Part shown: piece by piece, positions 1-9,720 of the stretch
Layout of the letters: each line of letters begins with the position of its first letter
How positions within the stretch are numbered: position 1 is the first letter of the stretch
NCBI GenBank assembly: GCA_050013255.1
Contig: JBEKFP010000002.1
Location: 384,001 to 448,000, forward strand
DNA length: 64,000 bases
Direction: 5' to 3'
Source: Candidatus Bathyarchaeia archaeon
GTDB taxonomy: Archaea; Thermoproteota; Bathyarchaeia; 40CM-2-53-6
Notes under the pieces: generated by a model
What the model was told of the DNA's origin: nothing
The model's database searches: none
What the model saw: only the letters and a program-made list of their open reading frames with translations
Program-made: the position numbers and the translations under genes

Positions 1-1122
1 CCAGCCTTCTACGGGAACGGCGCTTGGAACAGTTGCTTTCGCCTCAGTGCCGCTGAAGTACCAGCCTGAGCCATTCGTGGCGCTGTGCGAGGAATTGATG
101 GTAAGTTGGTATTGTTTTCCATAGTTGAGTGTTAAGGTCATGTTATTGCCGATCGTTAGTCGGCGAGTTGCTTCTTTGGAGCCATCGCCCCAATTCTCAA
201 AGACTGCCCGTTGTCCCTCGCCTAATGGTACGACCTGTGGGACAGATACGGAGTATGTGCCCCACGGTATAAGTGCCTCAAGGTTTCCATTAGCATCCGT
301 TTCGAAGGTTTGGTTCGCAATGGAAATTTGAAGATGTGCATATTGAGACTCGAATCGTAGGTAAGGTTCTACGAAGACGAGAGACAAACGTGGTAAGGTT
401 ATTCCTTTTGCCTCTTGAGTTTCTCTTGAATCGAACCAAACATAGTTCTTCCAGTCGACCGAAGACCCTGTTAGGGCCAAAGAGACTTCGCTTGAATTAC
501 TGAGCGAAAGGCCTACGATCTTGGTGACATCCCACCGAGCCCAAGTACCATTGGCGGTTACTCTTGCAGTAGAAGAATCGGTCGGTATAATCGAAGGCAT
601 GTTCTCCCAGTCAATCGTGTCCTCCGTCCAATCATTACTCGGAACTGACTTTACATCAACGCTCGCGTTATAGAGAAAGTTCGTCAGCCGCACGTACAAT
701 GACAATGATGCGTTGCTAGGCTTTGCATGGACGCGTAGAATCTGTATGGGGAGAACATCAGTTAGAGTGAACTTGAGGTACGCTATGTCGCGAGCCACTG
801 GAACGCTCGGGGTGGCTTGAACGATCAATACGGGTAGACCTCCGAAGTTAGTTATTGGGGACAAATTGTCAACGAAGGAATCCTGGGTTGGTGTAACGAC
901 GGCGTGCACAATGGAGGGCAGACGACCGCTCGCAGGTGATGGAGAGAGAGGACGGCTCAGTGTAGCAGAAAATGGGGATGCCTCACTGGATCTAAGAGGG
1001 TTTATGGAATTTGATTGTGAAGTAGCAAGTTCCGCTGAAGCGATGGATGGGAGCAATAGAAGCCAAATGACGAATAGTTGTGAACCTAGAGTGTGAACTT
1101 TCGTCTCGACGTCCTCCCTCAC
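1..1122 (-). CDS. Secreted DNRLRE-like domain protein, 3' end beyond window edge
   Basis: Manual translation from GTG 1122 is open to base 1 (not in the ORF track). It has an N-terminal hydrophobic segment and motifs TPTQDSFVD, NFGG, AYLKFTL, WTEDTIDWENMP, WDVT, FDSRE, followed by a NGSGWY repeat-type segment. Confidence 0.75.
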   Translation of the reverse strand, partial: MREDVETKVHTLGSQLFVIWLLLLPSIASAELATSQSNSINPLRSSEASPFSATLSRPLSPSPASGRLPSIVHAVVTPTQDSFVDNLSPITNFGGLPVLIVQATPSVPVARDIAYLKFTLTDVLPIQILRVHAKPSNASLSLYVRLTNFLYNASVDVKSVPSNDWTEDTIDWENMPSIIPTDSSTARVTANGTWARWDVTKIVGLSLSNSSEVSLALTGSSVDWKNYVWFDSRETQEAKGITLPRLSLVFVEPYLRFESQYAHLQISIANQTFETDANGNLEALIPWGTYSVSVPQVVPLGEGQRAVFENWGDGSKEATRRLTIGNNMTLTLNYGKQYQLTINSSHSATNGSGWYFSGTEAKATVPSAVPVEGW

Positions 1123-1206
1123 AGTTTTTCTCGAATTCTCTCGATGGAGGTGTTCAGCTAGCTCAGCAGTCGAGTATAGCCTTGATGGAGGATATCAGGC
1201 GTGGTG

Positions 1207-1797
1207 TTATGGCGAATGGTCCGCACCTTTCTTACTCAGTAGGTCCCGGAGCGCCTTGTCCATCATTCGATCTCTTCGTTCCTTGTACTCATAGTAATAG
1301 AGCGAAGATAGGCCCGCAAGGATAACGAAAATCCCGAGAGTTGTTGCTCCCCCACGATATTGGTAGAATGGTGACCACACGGAGTCTAAGTGGAATTGAA
1401 ACGAGCTATTGTAGCTCGTTATCATCAGAAGGTAGGGCCCGCTCTTCGGGGCTATTGCGAAAAAGACGATTCCCTTCTGATTAGGTCCGAATGTGACATA
1501 AAGAATCGTGGGAAGGTTAATGGTAAGTTGTTGCGAATCAAACGATGCCAACAACAAGGTTGTGGCACCTGGCTTGTCAGCGAGAAAGTCTAGGTTGATC
1601 GGTGTGCCCTTATCGACGGGGGGAACGATGTACGTTGATACGGTATAGGGCGCGTACTGAGCCCTTGGACCGCTGCCCGTCATTCGCTGCGGAGTTTTGT
1701 AATACGGCAACAGTACCCCTGTAATTAGCAGCAGAACTCCGAAAACAATAGTGGCGTTCGAAAGATGTTGGAAAACTCGAGCGTTCGTAAGCGCCAC
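1207..1797 (-). CDS. Hypothetical membrane protein (N- and C-terminal TM helices)
   Basis: 196-aa ORF with two hydrophobic segments, co-oriented with the opp genes. Confidence 0.7.
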   Translation of the reverse strand: MALTNARVFQHLSNATIVFGVLLLITGVLLPYYKTPQRMTGSGPRAQYAPYTVSTYIVPPVDKGTPINLDFLADKPGATTLLLASFDSQQLTINLPTILYVTFGPNQKGIVFFAIAPKSGPYLLMITSYNSSFQFHLDSVWSPFYQYRGGATTLGIFVILAGLSSLYYYEYKERRDRMMDKALRDLLSKKGADHSP

Positions 1798-1835
1798 ACC
1801 TGGCTAATCCAGTCTTCTATTGGGTTAGGCAGATT

Positions 1836-2846
1836 CTAGACAAATTTGTCTGCGTGGTGACATGCCACATAATGGTTCGGTATCAGTTTATCTTCGAATG
1901 TCGGAGCGGTTTCCCCGCAAATTTCAGTAGCATATGGGCAGCGAGGATGAAATCTACAACCTTTAGGCGGGTTGATGGGGCTAGGCACTTCACCGGGCAA
2001 GATTACCCTCGTGGTCTTATGTTTGACATCAGGTACTGGGACTGCAGAAATTAACGCTTGAGTATACGGATGTAGGGGTTTATCGTAGAGACTGTTGGTT
2101 TCGGCAAGTTCTACAATCTCACCTAGATACATGACGGCGACGCGATGGCTAATTTGCCGGACTGAACTCAGGTCATGCGAGATATACAAATAGGAAAATT
2201 CTTTCTTCTGCTGCAGGTCGACAAGCAAATTCAGTATTTGTGCTCTTATGGAGACGTCCAGCGAGGAGACTGGCTCATCACAGACAATGAACTCAGGGTC
2301 AACAGCTAGTGCTCTAGCGATTGCCACACGTTGCCGTTGACCTCCGCTGAACTCGTGTGGATATCGCTCCGCATGATACTCCTCGAGGTTCACCATCCGA
2401 AGCAATTCGTATACTCTTTCCTTCCAATCTTTCTTGGGGATATTCTTGTGAATTATGAAGGGCTCGCTCAGGATGTCAAATATTGTCATTCTGGGGTCAA
2501 GTGAGGTGTACGGGTTTTGGAAGACCATCTGCATTTTCCGCCTCAGTTTCTTTGCATCTGCCGTCTTCCCGCCCTTACCGAAAGTTTCGAACACGTCCAT
2601 TCCGTGAAATTCAACTGTGCCTGAGGTGGGTTCTTCCAAGTAGAGCAGTACTTTCCCGGCTGTGGTCTTTCCGCAGCCGCTCTCCCCTACGAGGCCCAAT
2701 GTTTCGCTTTGTTTGATATCGAAGGTAACGTTGTCGACAGCGTGTACTTCGCCAACCTTCTTCCTTCCGATTATTCCTCGTTCAACTACGTCGAAGTGTT
2801 TGACTAGAGATTTTACTTGAAGCCTAGGTTCGGACGATTGAGTCAT
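1836..2846 (-). CDS. oppF: Oligopeptide/dipeptide ABC transporter ATP-binding protein
   Basis: Walker A GESGCGKTT, signature FSGGQRQR, CDEP, C-terminal GCRFHPRC. Start moved to ATG 2846 to avoid overlap with the upstream gene. Confidence 0.93.
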   Translation of the reverse strand: MTQSSEPRLQVKSLVKHFDVVERGIIGRKKVGEVHAVDNVTFDIKQSETLGLVGESGCGKTTAGKVLLYLEEPTSGTVEFHGMDVFETFGKGGKTADAKKLRRKMQMVFQNPYTSLDPRMTIFDILSEPFIIHKNIPKKDWKERVYELLRMVNLEEYHAERYPHEFSGGQRQRVAIARALAVDPEFIVCDEPVSSLDVSIRAQILNLLVDLQQKKEFSYLYISHDLSSVRQISHRVAVMYLGEIVELAETNSLYDKPLHPYTQALISAVPVPDVKHKTTRVILPGEVPSPINPPKGCRFHPRCPYATEICGETAPTFEDKLIPNHYVACHHADKFV

Positions 2847-2850
2847 CTTG

Positions 2851-3849
2851 CTAACTCTTCCCTTCGAGGTCGAGTTCTCTCCACCTATGGCACGCGACGT
2901 AGTGTCCTTCAGCAACTTTCTCCCATTGGGGATCCTGTTTCATGCAGATATCTTTCGCGTACTTACAACGGGGATGGAATACGCACCCTGTCGGAGGTTC
3001 GATGAGGTTGGGTATGTTGCCAGGGATTACCTCCAACGCCCTCGTTTGCGTCACGCTTGGTACGGCTTTTAGAAGTGCTTCTGTATACGGGTGCTTGGGC
3101 TGGGTGAAGAGTGTAGTTGTGTCCGCCTCCTCCATGACCTTGCCCGCGTATAGAACAGTCACGCGTTCTGTCATGTCTGCAACTATTCCCATGTCATGGG
3201 TAATCATGACCATCGTCATCCCATACTCTTTTTGGAGTTGCTTTAGGAGGTCCAGCACTTGGGCTTGGATGGTAACATCAAGGTTCGTTGTTGGTTCATC
3301 CGCGAAGAGTAGTCTCGGTTCGCAGGACAGGGCGCGAGCGATCGCAATTCGCTGTTTCATTCCTCCACTCAGTTCGTGCGGGTACGCGTTCAGCCTGCTT
3401 TCAGGCTCCTGAATTCCAACCTTCTCAAGCAACCCTAAGGCAGACTTTGTTGCCTGCTCCTTCGTAAGCCCCTTGTGAAGGAGAATAATGTCGGTGAGTT
3501 GCTTCTTCACAGTGTACACCGGATTGAGCGATGTGGTAGGGTCTTGGAAGACAACAGCCATCTTGGCGCCTCGCATTTTCCGCATTTCAGATTCTGATTT
3601 CTCTAGGAGGTTTTCTCCATCGAATTTTATGGTCCCATCGACGATTCGTCCCGGTCTCGGAACTATTCGCAGAACGGATTGAGCGGTAACCGACTTACCG
3701 GACCCAGATTCCCCAACGAGCCCTACGGTTTTGCCTTCTTCCACTGAAAGAGAGATGCCATCTACCGCCTTTACAACCCCTGCTTCGGTGAAGAAGTAGG
3801 TGCGGAGGCCAGTAACGTCTAGGAGGTTCTTCGTCATGATTCGATTCAA
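2851..3849 (-). CDS. oppD: Oligopeptide/dipeptide ABC transporter ATP-binding protein
   Basis: GESGSGKS, LSGGMKQR, ADEPTT, GCVFHPRC. Confidence 0.93.
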   Translation of the reverse strand: MNRIMTKNLLDVTGLRTYFFTEAGVVKAVDGISLSVEEGKTVGLVGESGSGKSVTAQSVLRIVPRPGRIVDGTIKFDGENLLEKSESEMRKMRGAKMAVVFQDPTTSLNPVYTVKKQLTDIILLHKGLTKEQATKSALGLLEKVGIQEPESRLNAYPHELSGGMKQRIAIARALSCEPRLLFADEPTTNLDVTIQAQVLDLLKQLQKEYGMTMVMITHDMGIVADMTERVTVLYAGKVMEEADTTTLFTQPKHPYTEALLKAVPSVTQTRALEVIPGNIPNLIEPPTGCVFHPRCKYAKDICMKQDPQWEKVAEGHYVACHRWRELDLEGKS

Positions 3850-3855
3850 CTATTG

Positions 3856-4746
3856 TTATTCACGAAGTCTCGGATTGAGCGCGTCGGATAGTCCGTCGCC
3901 CATAAGGTTGAACCCTAGGACGGCGAATACCACGGCCAACCCTGGGAAAAGCGCGACCCACCAGTCAGTCCTGACGTATGAGAACCCCTCGTTTAGCAAT
4001 AATCCCCACGTCGTCGTGTTCGCGTCCCCGAAACCGAGGAAGCTTATGATTACTTCAGTCAGAATGAATCCTGCAATGTTCAGAGTCGTTACTACAATAA
4101 CCGGCGACATTATGTTGGGGACAATGTGCCGAAACAGCAGTCGAGAAGAGCCCGCCCCAAGCGACCGCGCTGCCTGAACGAAATCCATCTCTCTAACACG
4201 AAGAGTTTCGCCGCGAACGATGAAAGCAACACCTGACCAACCAAAGAAGGAAAGAATTAACACAATCAATGTGAGTCCAAACCCCCTAAACACCAACTGT
4301 AAGAAAATTCGTGCAAAGAGAAGTATCAAGAGGATCGCAGGAATAACGAAGAACACCTGGATAACGCCTAGTACGACGTCTGAAACGATCCCCTTGAAGT
4401 AGCCTCCAAGTGCTCCCAACGCAATTCCGATAATCATAGTTAGAAGAGCGGCGGCGAGCCCTACGTAGAGGTCACCCCTAGTGCCGTGTATAACCTCGCT
4501 AAACACGTCGATTCCAGAAGATTCAACTCCGAAAGGATGCTGCCATGAGGGTGGCGTACCTGCAACGCCTTCGTAAAGGGGCTCATAGCTGCGGGGCGGA
4601 TAAGGGGCTAGCCACGGTGAAAGAACCGCTACGGCGAGGAAGAATACTACCATTGCACTTCCGATTAAAGCCGACTTGTTTCTTCGAAACCGCCGCCAAG
4701 CAACCGCCCACTGTGTTGCAGCACGTCTCTCAGCAGGTTTCTCCAC
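3856..4746 (-). CDS. oppC: Peptide ABC transporter permease
   Basis: OppC N-terminal WRRFRRNK, FVQAARSLGA loop, GDGLSDALNPR. Confidence 0.92.
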   Translation of the reverse strand: MEKPAERRAATQWAVAWRRFRRNKSALIGSAMVVFFLAVAVLSPWLAPYPPRSYEPLYEGVAGTPPSWQHPFGVESSGIDVFSEVIHGTRGDLYVGLAAALLTMIIGIALGALGGYFKGIVSDVVLGVIQVFFVIPAILLILLFARIFLQLVFRGFGLTLIVLILSFFGWSGVAFIVRGETLRVREMDFVQAARSLGAGSSRLLFRHIVPNIMSPVIVVTTLNIAGFILTEVIISFLGFGDANTTTWGLLLNEGFSYVRTDWWVALFPGLAVVFAVLGFNLMGDGLSDALNPRLRE

Positions 4747-4756
4747 TAATCCTCAC

Positions 4757-5752
4757 CTAACCAATGCGGACTCTCGGGTCAAGCATCGCATATACCAAAT
4801 CAGTTATCAGATTCGCTACCAACACCATGATCGTGATGACGACGGTTATTCCCTGGACGAGAGGAATGTCAAGGACTGACGCCGCGCGGGCGAAAGCATA
4901 GCCTAACCCTGGCCATGAGAACACTGTCTCGGTTGCAGGAGCTCCTCCGAGGGCCGCCCCGAAAGATAACCCGACAATCGTGACGACAGGAGTGATGGCG
5001 TTTCTCAAAGCATAACGATAGGTTACGGTGCGCTCGCTCAATCCGCTTGCGCGGGCCGCGAGAATGTAATCCTGCCGTAGGGCTTCTAGCATGTTGGCCC
5101 TGACCAACCTCACGATTGTTGCTAAGCTTACGTAAGTTAGAACGGCGACTGGAAGGATAAGGTGCATTAAGTAGTCCGTTATCGGGCTTCCACCCCACAT
5201 GAAGGAGATGCCCGCAGACCCACTGCTAGGCAGCCAACCAAGCTCGAACGAAAACACAATGATGAGCATTATTCCCAACCAAAATGTGGGCATTGAATAA
5301 CCAAAAATGGCAAAGGTAGTAATCGCATAATCGCTCTTCGCATACTGGTGCTTTGCGGAATAAACCCCCACAGGGATTCCAATGACCACGGCGAGCAGTA
5401 GCGAGATCACTTGAAGTTCAAGTGTGGTAAGTGTCCACGCACCAATCTGATCAGAGACCTGCCTGCCGCTTATGGAAACGCCAAGATTTCCTTGCATGAG
5501 GTTCCACAGCCAGTAGAGAAAACGTTCCCACACCGGCTTATCCAGATGATAATACGCGCGGAGAGCTGCGAGGACTGCGGGGCTGGGGTTTCTAAGGTAG
5601 ATCCTGATTAGATCAATTGGGTTTCCGGCTGCGTAGCCAACGAAGAAGGTAAGCATCGCTACACCAAGAAAGACGGGTATCATGAAGAGCAAACGCCTTA
5701 TAAGGTAGCGAAAAATGCTGGCCAATCGTATCCCTAGACGAAGTGACCGCAT
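4757..5752 (-). CDS. oppB: Peptide ABC transporter permease
   Basis: YLIRRLL, DYILAARASGL, ETVFSWPGLG, DPRVR. Start may be TTG 5725. Confidence 0.92.
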   Translation of the reverse strand: MRSLRLGIRLASIFRYLIRRLLFMIPVFLGVAMLTFFVGYAAGNPIDLIRIYLRNPSPAVLAALRAYYHLDKPVWERFLYWLWNLMQGNLGVSISGRQVSDQIGAWTLTTLELQVISLLLAVVIGIPVGVYSAKHQYAKSDYAITTFAIFGYSMPTFWLGIMLIIVFSFELGWLPSSGSAGISFMWGGSPITDYLMHLILPVAVLTYVSLATIVRLVRANMLEALRQDYILAARASGLSERTVTYRYALRNAITPVVTIVGLSFGAALGGAPATETVFSWPGLGYAFARAASVLDIPLVQGITVVITIMVLVANLITDLVYAMLDPRVRIG

Positions 5753-5910
5753 ACCGCGGCTATATTTGTTTCGTGCTCAACTATGCAGGTCAGTTGACTG
5801 CTTTTCTGCCTGGAATTTTCGGCTCTAGGATAGAGAGAACTCGCGCACCGTTTCGTTACGAGAAAATCAGAAAACTAGCTCATTTGTGATAAGGCATAAA
5901 TAGCGAGATT

Positions 5911-8289
5911 TTGGTAGCCAACACCACCGTGAAGAAAATGAATAATAGACAACTAAAAGAAATTCTACAAGGCATAGCGCTCGCACTTCTCGTTTACGTA
6001 ACACTCTCTAGTGCCGTTCCTCTATTCCTAGCACCCGCATATGCACAGTCCGCGCCAATTTTTTCCGCTACTATGATTGCCTCTACAGGTAACCCTGTGA
6101 GGCGTCAATACGCTAGCATAATCGCAGCCAATCTGCGATCAGTTGGAATCGATGCGCGATTGTTCTATGTCAACTTCGACGTCCTCGTAAACCGCATGTT
6201 CTTCGCAGGATCTGCGAAGCAGGGAAGCACCTTTGACCAAGGCGGATACGACATTGGCTTTATCGGCTGGGGATTCACATCCCCTGTGCCCGACTTCAGA
6301 GCAAACTTCGACGGCAGGCCAGCATACTTGGCACCGGCAGGCAGTAACTACGCGCTTTACAATAGCGCGGAGCTCAACGCTGTCTTTGACCAATTGTATG
6401 CTAGTGCGGATCCTACCGTTCAGAAGCAGCTAACTGACAAAGCCCAAGAAATCGTATTCAGGGACAAACCATACAACTACGTCTATGAGCCAACCGATGC
6501 AATTCCAATCAACTCGAAGTGGACTGCGTGGGGAAGCCAAGGCGTGTACAGCGAAGTAACGTTCCCCGATGTCCAGCATTGGTCAGGCGCGAACCAGTTG
6601 ACCTTCGCCGAAGTAAGCAACGTTTTCCCTGACAACAACTTGAACCCGCTCTCAACTCCCTCATCGAACAGCTTCTACGCCCTTTACGTTTACGGAGCTG
6701 TTTGCTACTCTGGTGCAGGTTTACAAGATGTTGATGCAAGAACACTGCAATTCTATCCTGCTTTGGCATCCAGCATTAATCATTCCGCAGACCTTCTCAA
6801 TTGGAACATCACAATCCAGCAAGGTGCCAAGTGGGCAGACGGAGTTGAGATAACTGCAGATGACTTCGTCTATACACAGTACCTGCTGACAAACGCAAAG
6901 GCCAACTCAGTTGGTTTGGGTTCGAACATCCAGTACCTCGGCAATTATGTCACGTTCAAGTTCAGCGACGGTTCCAGTCTCGTTGATGACAATAGCGCAG
7001 GTGCAGCTCACACAACCGGTTCGTGGACTGCAACTGGCAAGTACAGTTTCACATTTACCTTGCCAGCAGCATACGCCTTTACAGGCCAAACTTACGCGGC
7101 ATTCTCTCCAGTTCCAAAGCACATCCTAGAACAGATTCCAGCCGACCAAATTGACAGCAGTGACTACAGCACTGCAGCCAAGGCACACACCTACACTTGG
7201 GATAAGACAAAGTATGGTGGTAGCGGAACTTACACTGCAACAGGCCCCGTATGCGCAGGCCCATACATCCTCGACAACTATGATTTCACAGCGAACGTTG
7301 CAACGCTGAAGAAGAACCCATACTACTGGAACGCCACAGGTCTCCAAGCCTTAGGACAATATACGGTTGACACGTACAAGGTCGCATGGATCGAAAGCAA
7401 AGACGCAGCAATCGCTTCACTCAAGAACGGCGAAGTCGACATTCTAGACTACAACTACCAACTAGCAAAAGACGTACCCACACTCAAATCACTGCCCAAC
7501 GTAATCCTAGTCAATCAAGCAGAATTGGGTTGGCAGGAGCAGGGCTTCAACATGCAGAACCCGATCTTCGGCACTGGTGTTGATACGCCTGCAGGTAAAG
7601 CTGATCCAACGAAGGCTGCTGATGCAGCGCGCAGTATCAGGGCCGCCGTCAGCCACCTGATCCCCCGAGAACAGATCATCCACGACCTCCTAAGCGGTGT
7701 TGGAACACCGATCGCGTCTTGGATTGGTCCAGGTTGGGGTGTCTGGTATGACCCGAACCTGAAACCTGACGCGTACGACGTTAGCGCGGCAGTTCAGGAC
7801 CTTAACGCGGCAGGCTACAGCGTACAGTTCACACCGCCCGCACCCATCGCTCTGAGCGGAACACCAATGCTAGGCCAAGCGGTAACCGTAACCGGAACCG
7901 CGCGGCTCGCGCATGAAATGGTCGTCGTCGAACAGAGCACTGATAGCGGGAACACGTGGACACCGGTCGCAGCAGCGTTAGCAGACAACAGCAGCCGGTA
8001 CTCGGTCTCCGTTCCAGGTCCGCCAGCGTTCGGCACAACCTGGTACGCAGCCAACTTCACCGGCTGCGCCCTAAACAACGACACGCTAGCCATGACGCCA
8101 CTAACACCAACCCTCGTCGACCAGTACATCGACAACGGACAAAGCGCAGCAGGACCCATCCCAGGGAAACTCTCAGACCCAATCACCGTCTCCTCTACAA
8201 CAAATGACGCAATGGTCGTCCTCGTGCCGATCATCATCATAGTTGTGGTCGCGGCGCTGGTCATGAGAAGTCGCAAAAAGAAGGCATAG
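5911..8289 (+). CDS. oppA: Peptide ABC transporter substrate-binding protein (family 5), C-terminal membrane anchor
   Basis: KWADGVEITADD, GPY, KNPYYW motifs; signal peptide; C-terminal TM plus basic tail; divergent from the permeases. Confidence 0.88.
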   Translation: MVANTTVKKMNNRQLKEILQGIALALLVYVTLSSAVPLFLAPAYAQSAPIFSATMIASTGNPVRRQYASIIAANLRSVGIDARLFYVNFDVLVNRMFFAGSAKQGSTFDQGGYDIGFIGWGFTSPVPDFRANFDGRPAYLAPAGSNYALYNSAELNAVFDQLYASADPTVQKQLTDKAQEIVFRDKPYNYVYEPTDAIPINSKWTAWGSQGVYSEVTFPDVQHWSGANQLTFAEVSNVFPDNNLNPLSTPSSNSFYALYVYGAVCYSGAGLQDVDARTLQFYPALASSINHSADLLNWNITIQQGAKWADGVEITADDFVYTQYLLTNAKANSVGLGSNIQYLGNYVTFKFSDGSSLVDDNSAGAAHTTGSWTATGKYSFTFTLPAAYAFTGQTYAAFSPVPKHILEQIPADQIDSSDYSTAAKAHTYTWDKTKYGGSGTYTATGPVCAGPYILDNYDFTANVATLKKNPYYWNATGLQALGQYTVDTYKVAWIESKDAAIASLKNGEVDILDYNYQLAKDVPTLKSLPNVILVNQAELGWQEQGFNMQNPIFGTGVDTPAGKADPTKAADAARSIRAAVSHLIPREQIIHDLLSGVGTPIASWIGPGWGVWYDPNLKPDAYDVSAAVQDLNAAGYSVQFTPPAPIALSGTPMLGQAVTVTGTARLAHEMVVVEQSTDSGNTWTPVAAALADNSSRYSVSVPGPPAFGTTWYAANFTGCALNNDTLAMTPLTPTLVDQYIDNGQSAAGPIPGKLSDPITVSSTTNDAMVVLVPIIIIVVVAALVMRSRKKKA

Positions 8290-8300
8290 CAGAGTTAACC

Positions 8301-8346
8301 AAGCCTGGTAGGTCAATGACCCCAGGCTTCCCCGTTTTCTTTTTCT
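8301..8346 (+). terminator. Hairpin plus T-rich tract after oppA
   Basis: AAGCCTGG(8301-8308)/CCAGGCTT(8322-8329) with inner GGTCA/TGACC, followed by TTTTCTTTTT. Confidence 0.6.
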
Positions 8347-8367
8347 CCTATCTTAAGTGAGTGTCTC

Positions 8368-8706
8368 TTAGAACTCTAACGCCAGAAAAACCATGATTAT
8401 GAACAGCGTTACACCTGACGCAACAAAAATAAGGGCACGCCTCTCCGCTTCCTTTCGCAGTCCCAATGTGAAAGCCTCCTTAGATCCCCCAATCAACTTC
8501 CTGAATTGAGCAAAGCCAAGTGAAGATCCAAAATCAACGATCCCTGCTAAAAGGAAAAGCAGTGAAGTCTCGACGAGCAAAAGGTCTCCAAAGAGTTCCA
8601 ACGGATGAATAATTCCCTTTAGGAGAATAACAGCTAATCCGTTAACCACGAGCAGGGTTCCTGAGATCCTAAAGGATCTCAGCACGACTTGTGTATATGT
8701 GAGCAC
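8368..8706 (-). CDS. Small membrane protein (3 TM)
   Basis: 112-aa hydrophobic ORF. Confidence 0.65.
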   Translation of the reverse strand: MLTYTQVVLRSFRISGTLLVVNGLAVILLKGIIHPLELFGDLLLVETSLLFLLAGIVDFGSSLGFAQFRKLIGGSKEAFTLGLRKEAERRALIFVASGVTLFIIMVFLALEF

Positions 8707-8757
8707 GAAGAGGTTTAAGTGGGCTTAGAAGATTAAGCTAGCGAAAGGTTCAGTGGC

Positions 8758-9705
8758 ATGCCCAAGAAAGGAAGACCACAAGAGACCAAATCGTCGGCAA
8801 GGACTTACGCCTTCCTTGGCACACTTCTCTTACTGGCCATTATTGTTGCTTCGTCCTACTACAGTTCTCTGCCGAAGGTCGATCATATCCCTGATAATTT
8901 TCAAATCAACACGGCTGACTGGATGAAATTCGTCCCACAGAACGCCCAATACGTCTCTTTCGTGAACTACCAAGCGGCGATGACGACTTCTGGGAATGTG
9001 TTTCTGTTTGGATCGCAAGCCATTTTCCAGTTCTATCAACTAAACGTTAACGTGCCACCGCAAAGTATCACTTTTGACCTTGACGTGCAACTCCCACAAG
9101 CTGCGTCCACTTCCGCTGCCGTAACAGTAAGCGTAATCGGGCTCCGCAACGACACTCTTAGTTTCCTCATAAATGAACTCGCAAAGACCAACACGACTGG
9201 GTCGCAATACGATGGCTATCCGGCTTACAACCTATTGGTGGTAAGTAGTGTCGCTGCGCAGCAGAAGCTGATCAGTGTATATGTCGCAATTGTGCCAGGC
9301 GCCTTGGTACTTAGCATCGACCCCAACTCAGCAAAGTACGGAGTCAAAACCATCCTTGACAAATACGTTAGTTCAACTCCAACTTTGTTCGATAATTCTG
9401 ATGTTAGGAGGGGTGTCTATGCCAGCGGCGCCGCAGGGACATCCTACATCGCCCTGTTCGTGGGGACTTTTTCAAGCCAGTTCAACAATACGCGTATGAT
9501 AGTAAAATCGGTGATTCAGAATATTAATGGGATAAGCGTTACCAGGTCTGTACTCTTCCCCAGCTCTGACTTTGCAATGAGCGAGATAGGGCATGCACAT
9601 AATGTCTACCGGAACGCCGACTCGTATGGGGTTCTAGATGACTGGTTAGTGATATCCTATAGTTATTCAATTGACAAGCTTCGCGGGGAACTGACAGGCA
9701 TTTGA
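8758..9705 (+). CDS. Hypothetical membrane-anchored extracellular protein
   Basis: 315-aa ORF with an N-terminal TM helix. Confidence 0.7.
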   Translation: MPKKGRPQETKSSARTYAFLGTLLLLAIIVASSYYSSLPKVDHIPDNFQINTADWMKFVPQNAQYVSFVNYQAAMTTSGNVFLFGSQAIFQFYQLNVNVPPQSITFDLDVQLPQAASTSAAVTVSVIGLRNDTLSFLINELAKTNTTGSQYDGYPAYNLLVVSSVAAQQKLISVYVAIVPGALVLSIDPNSAKYGVKTILDKYVSSTPTLFDNSDVRRGVYASGAAGTSYIALFVGTFSSQFNNTRMIVKSVIQNINGISVTRSVLFPSSDFAMSEIGHAHNVYRNADSYGVLDDWLVISYSYSIDKLRGELTGI

Positions 9706-9720
9706 CGATAGATTCTTACC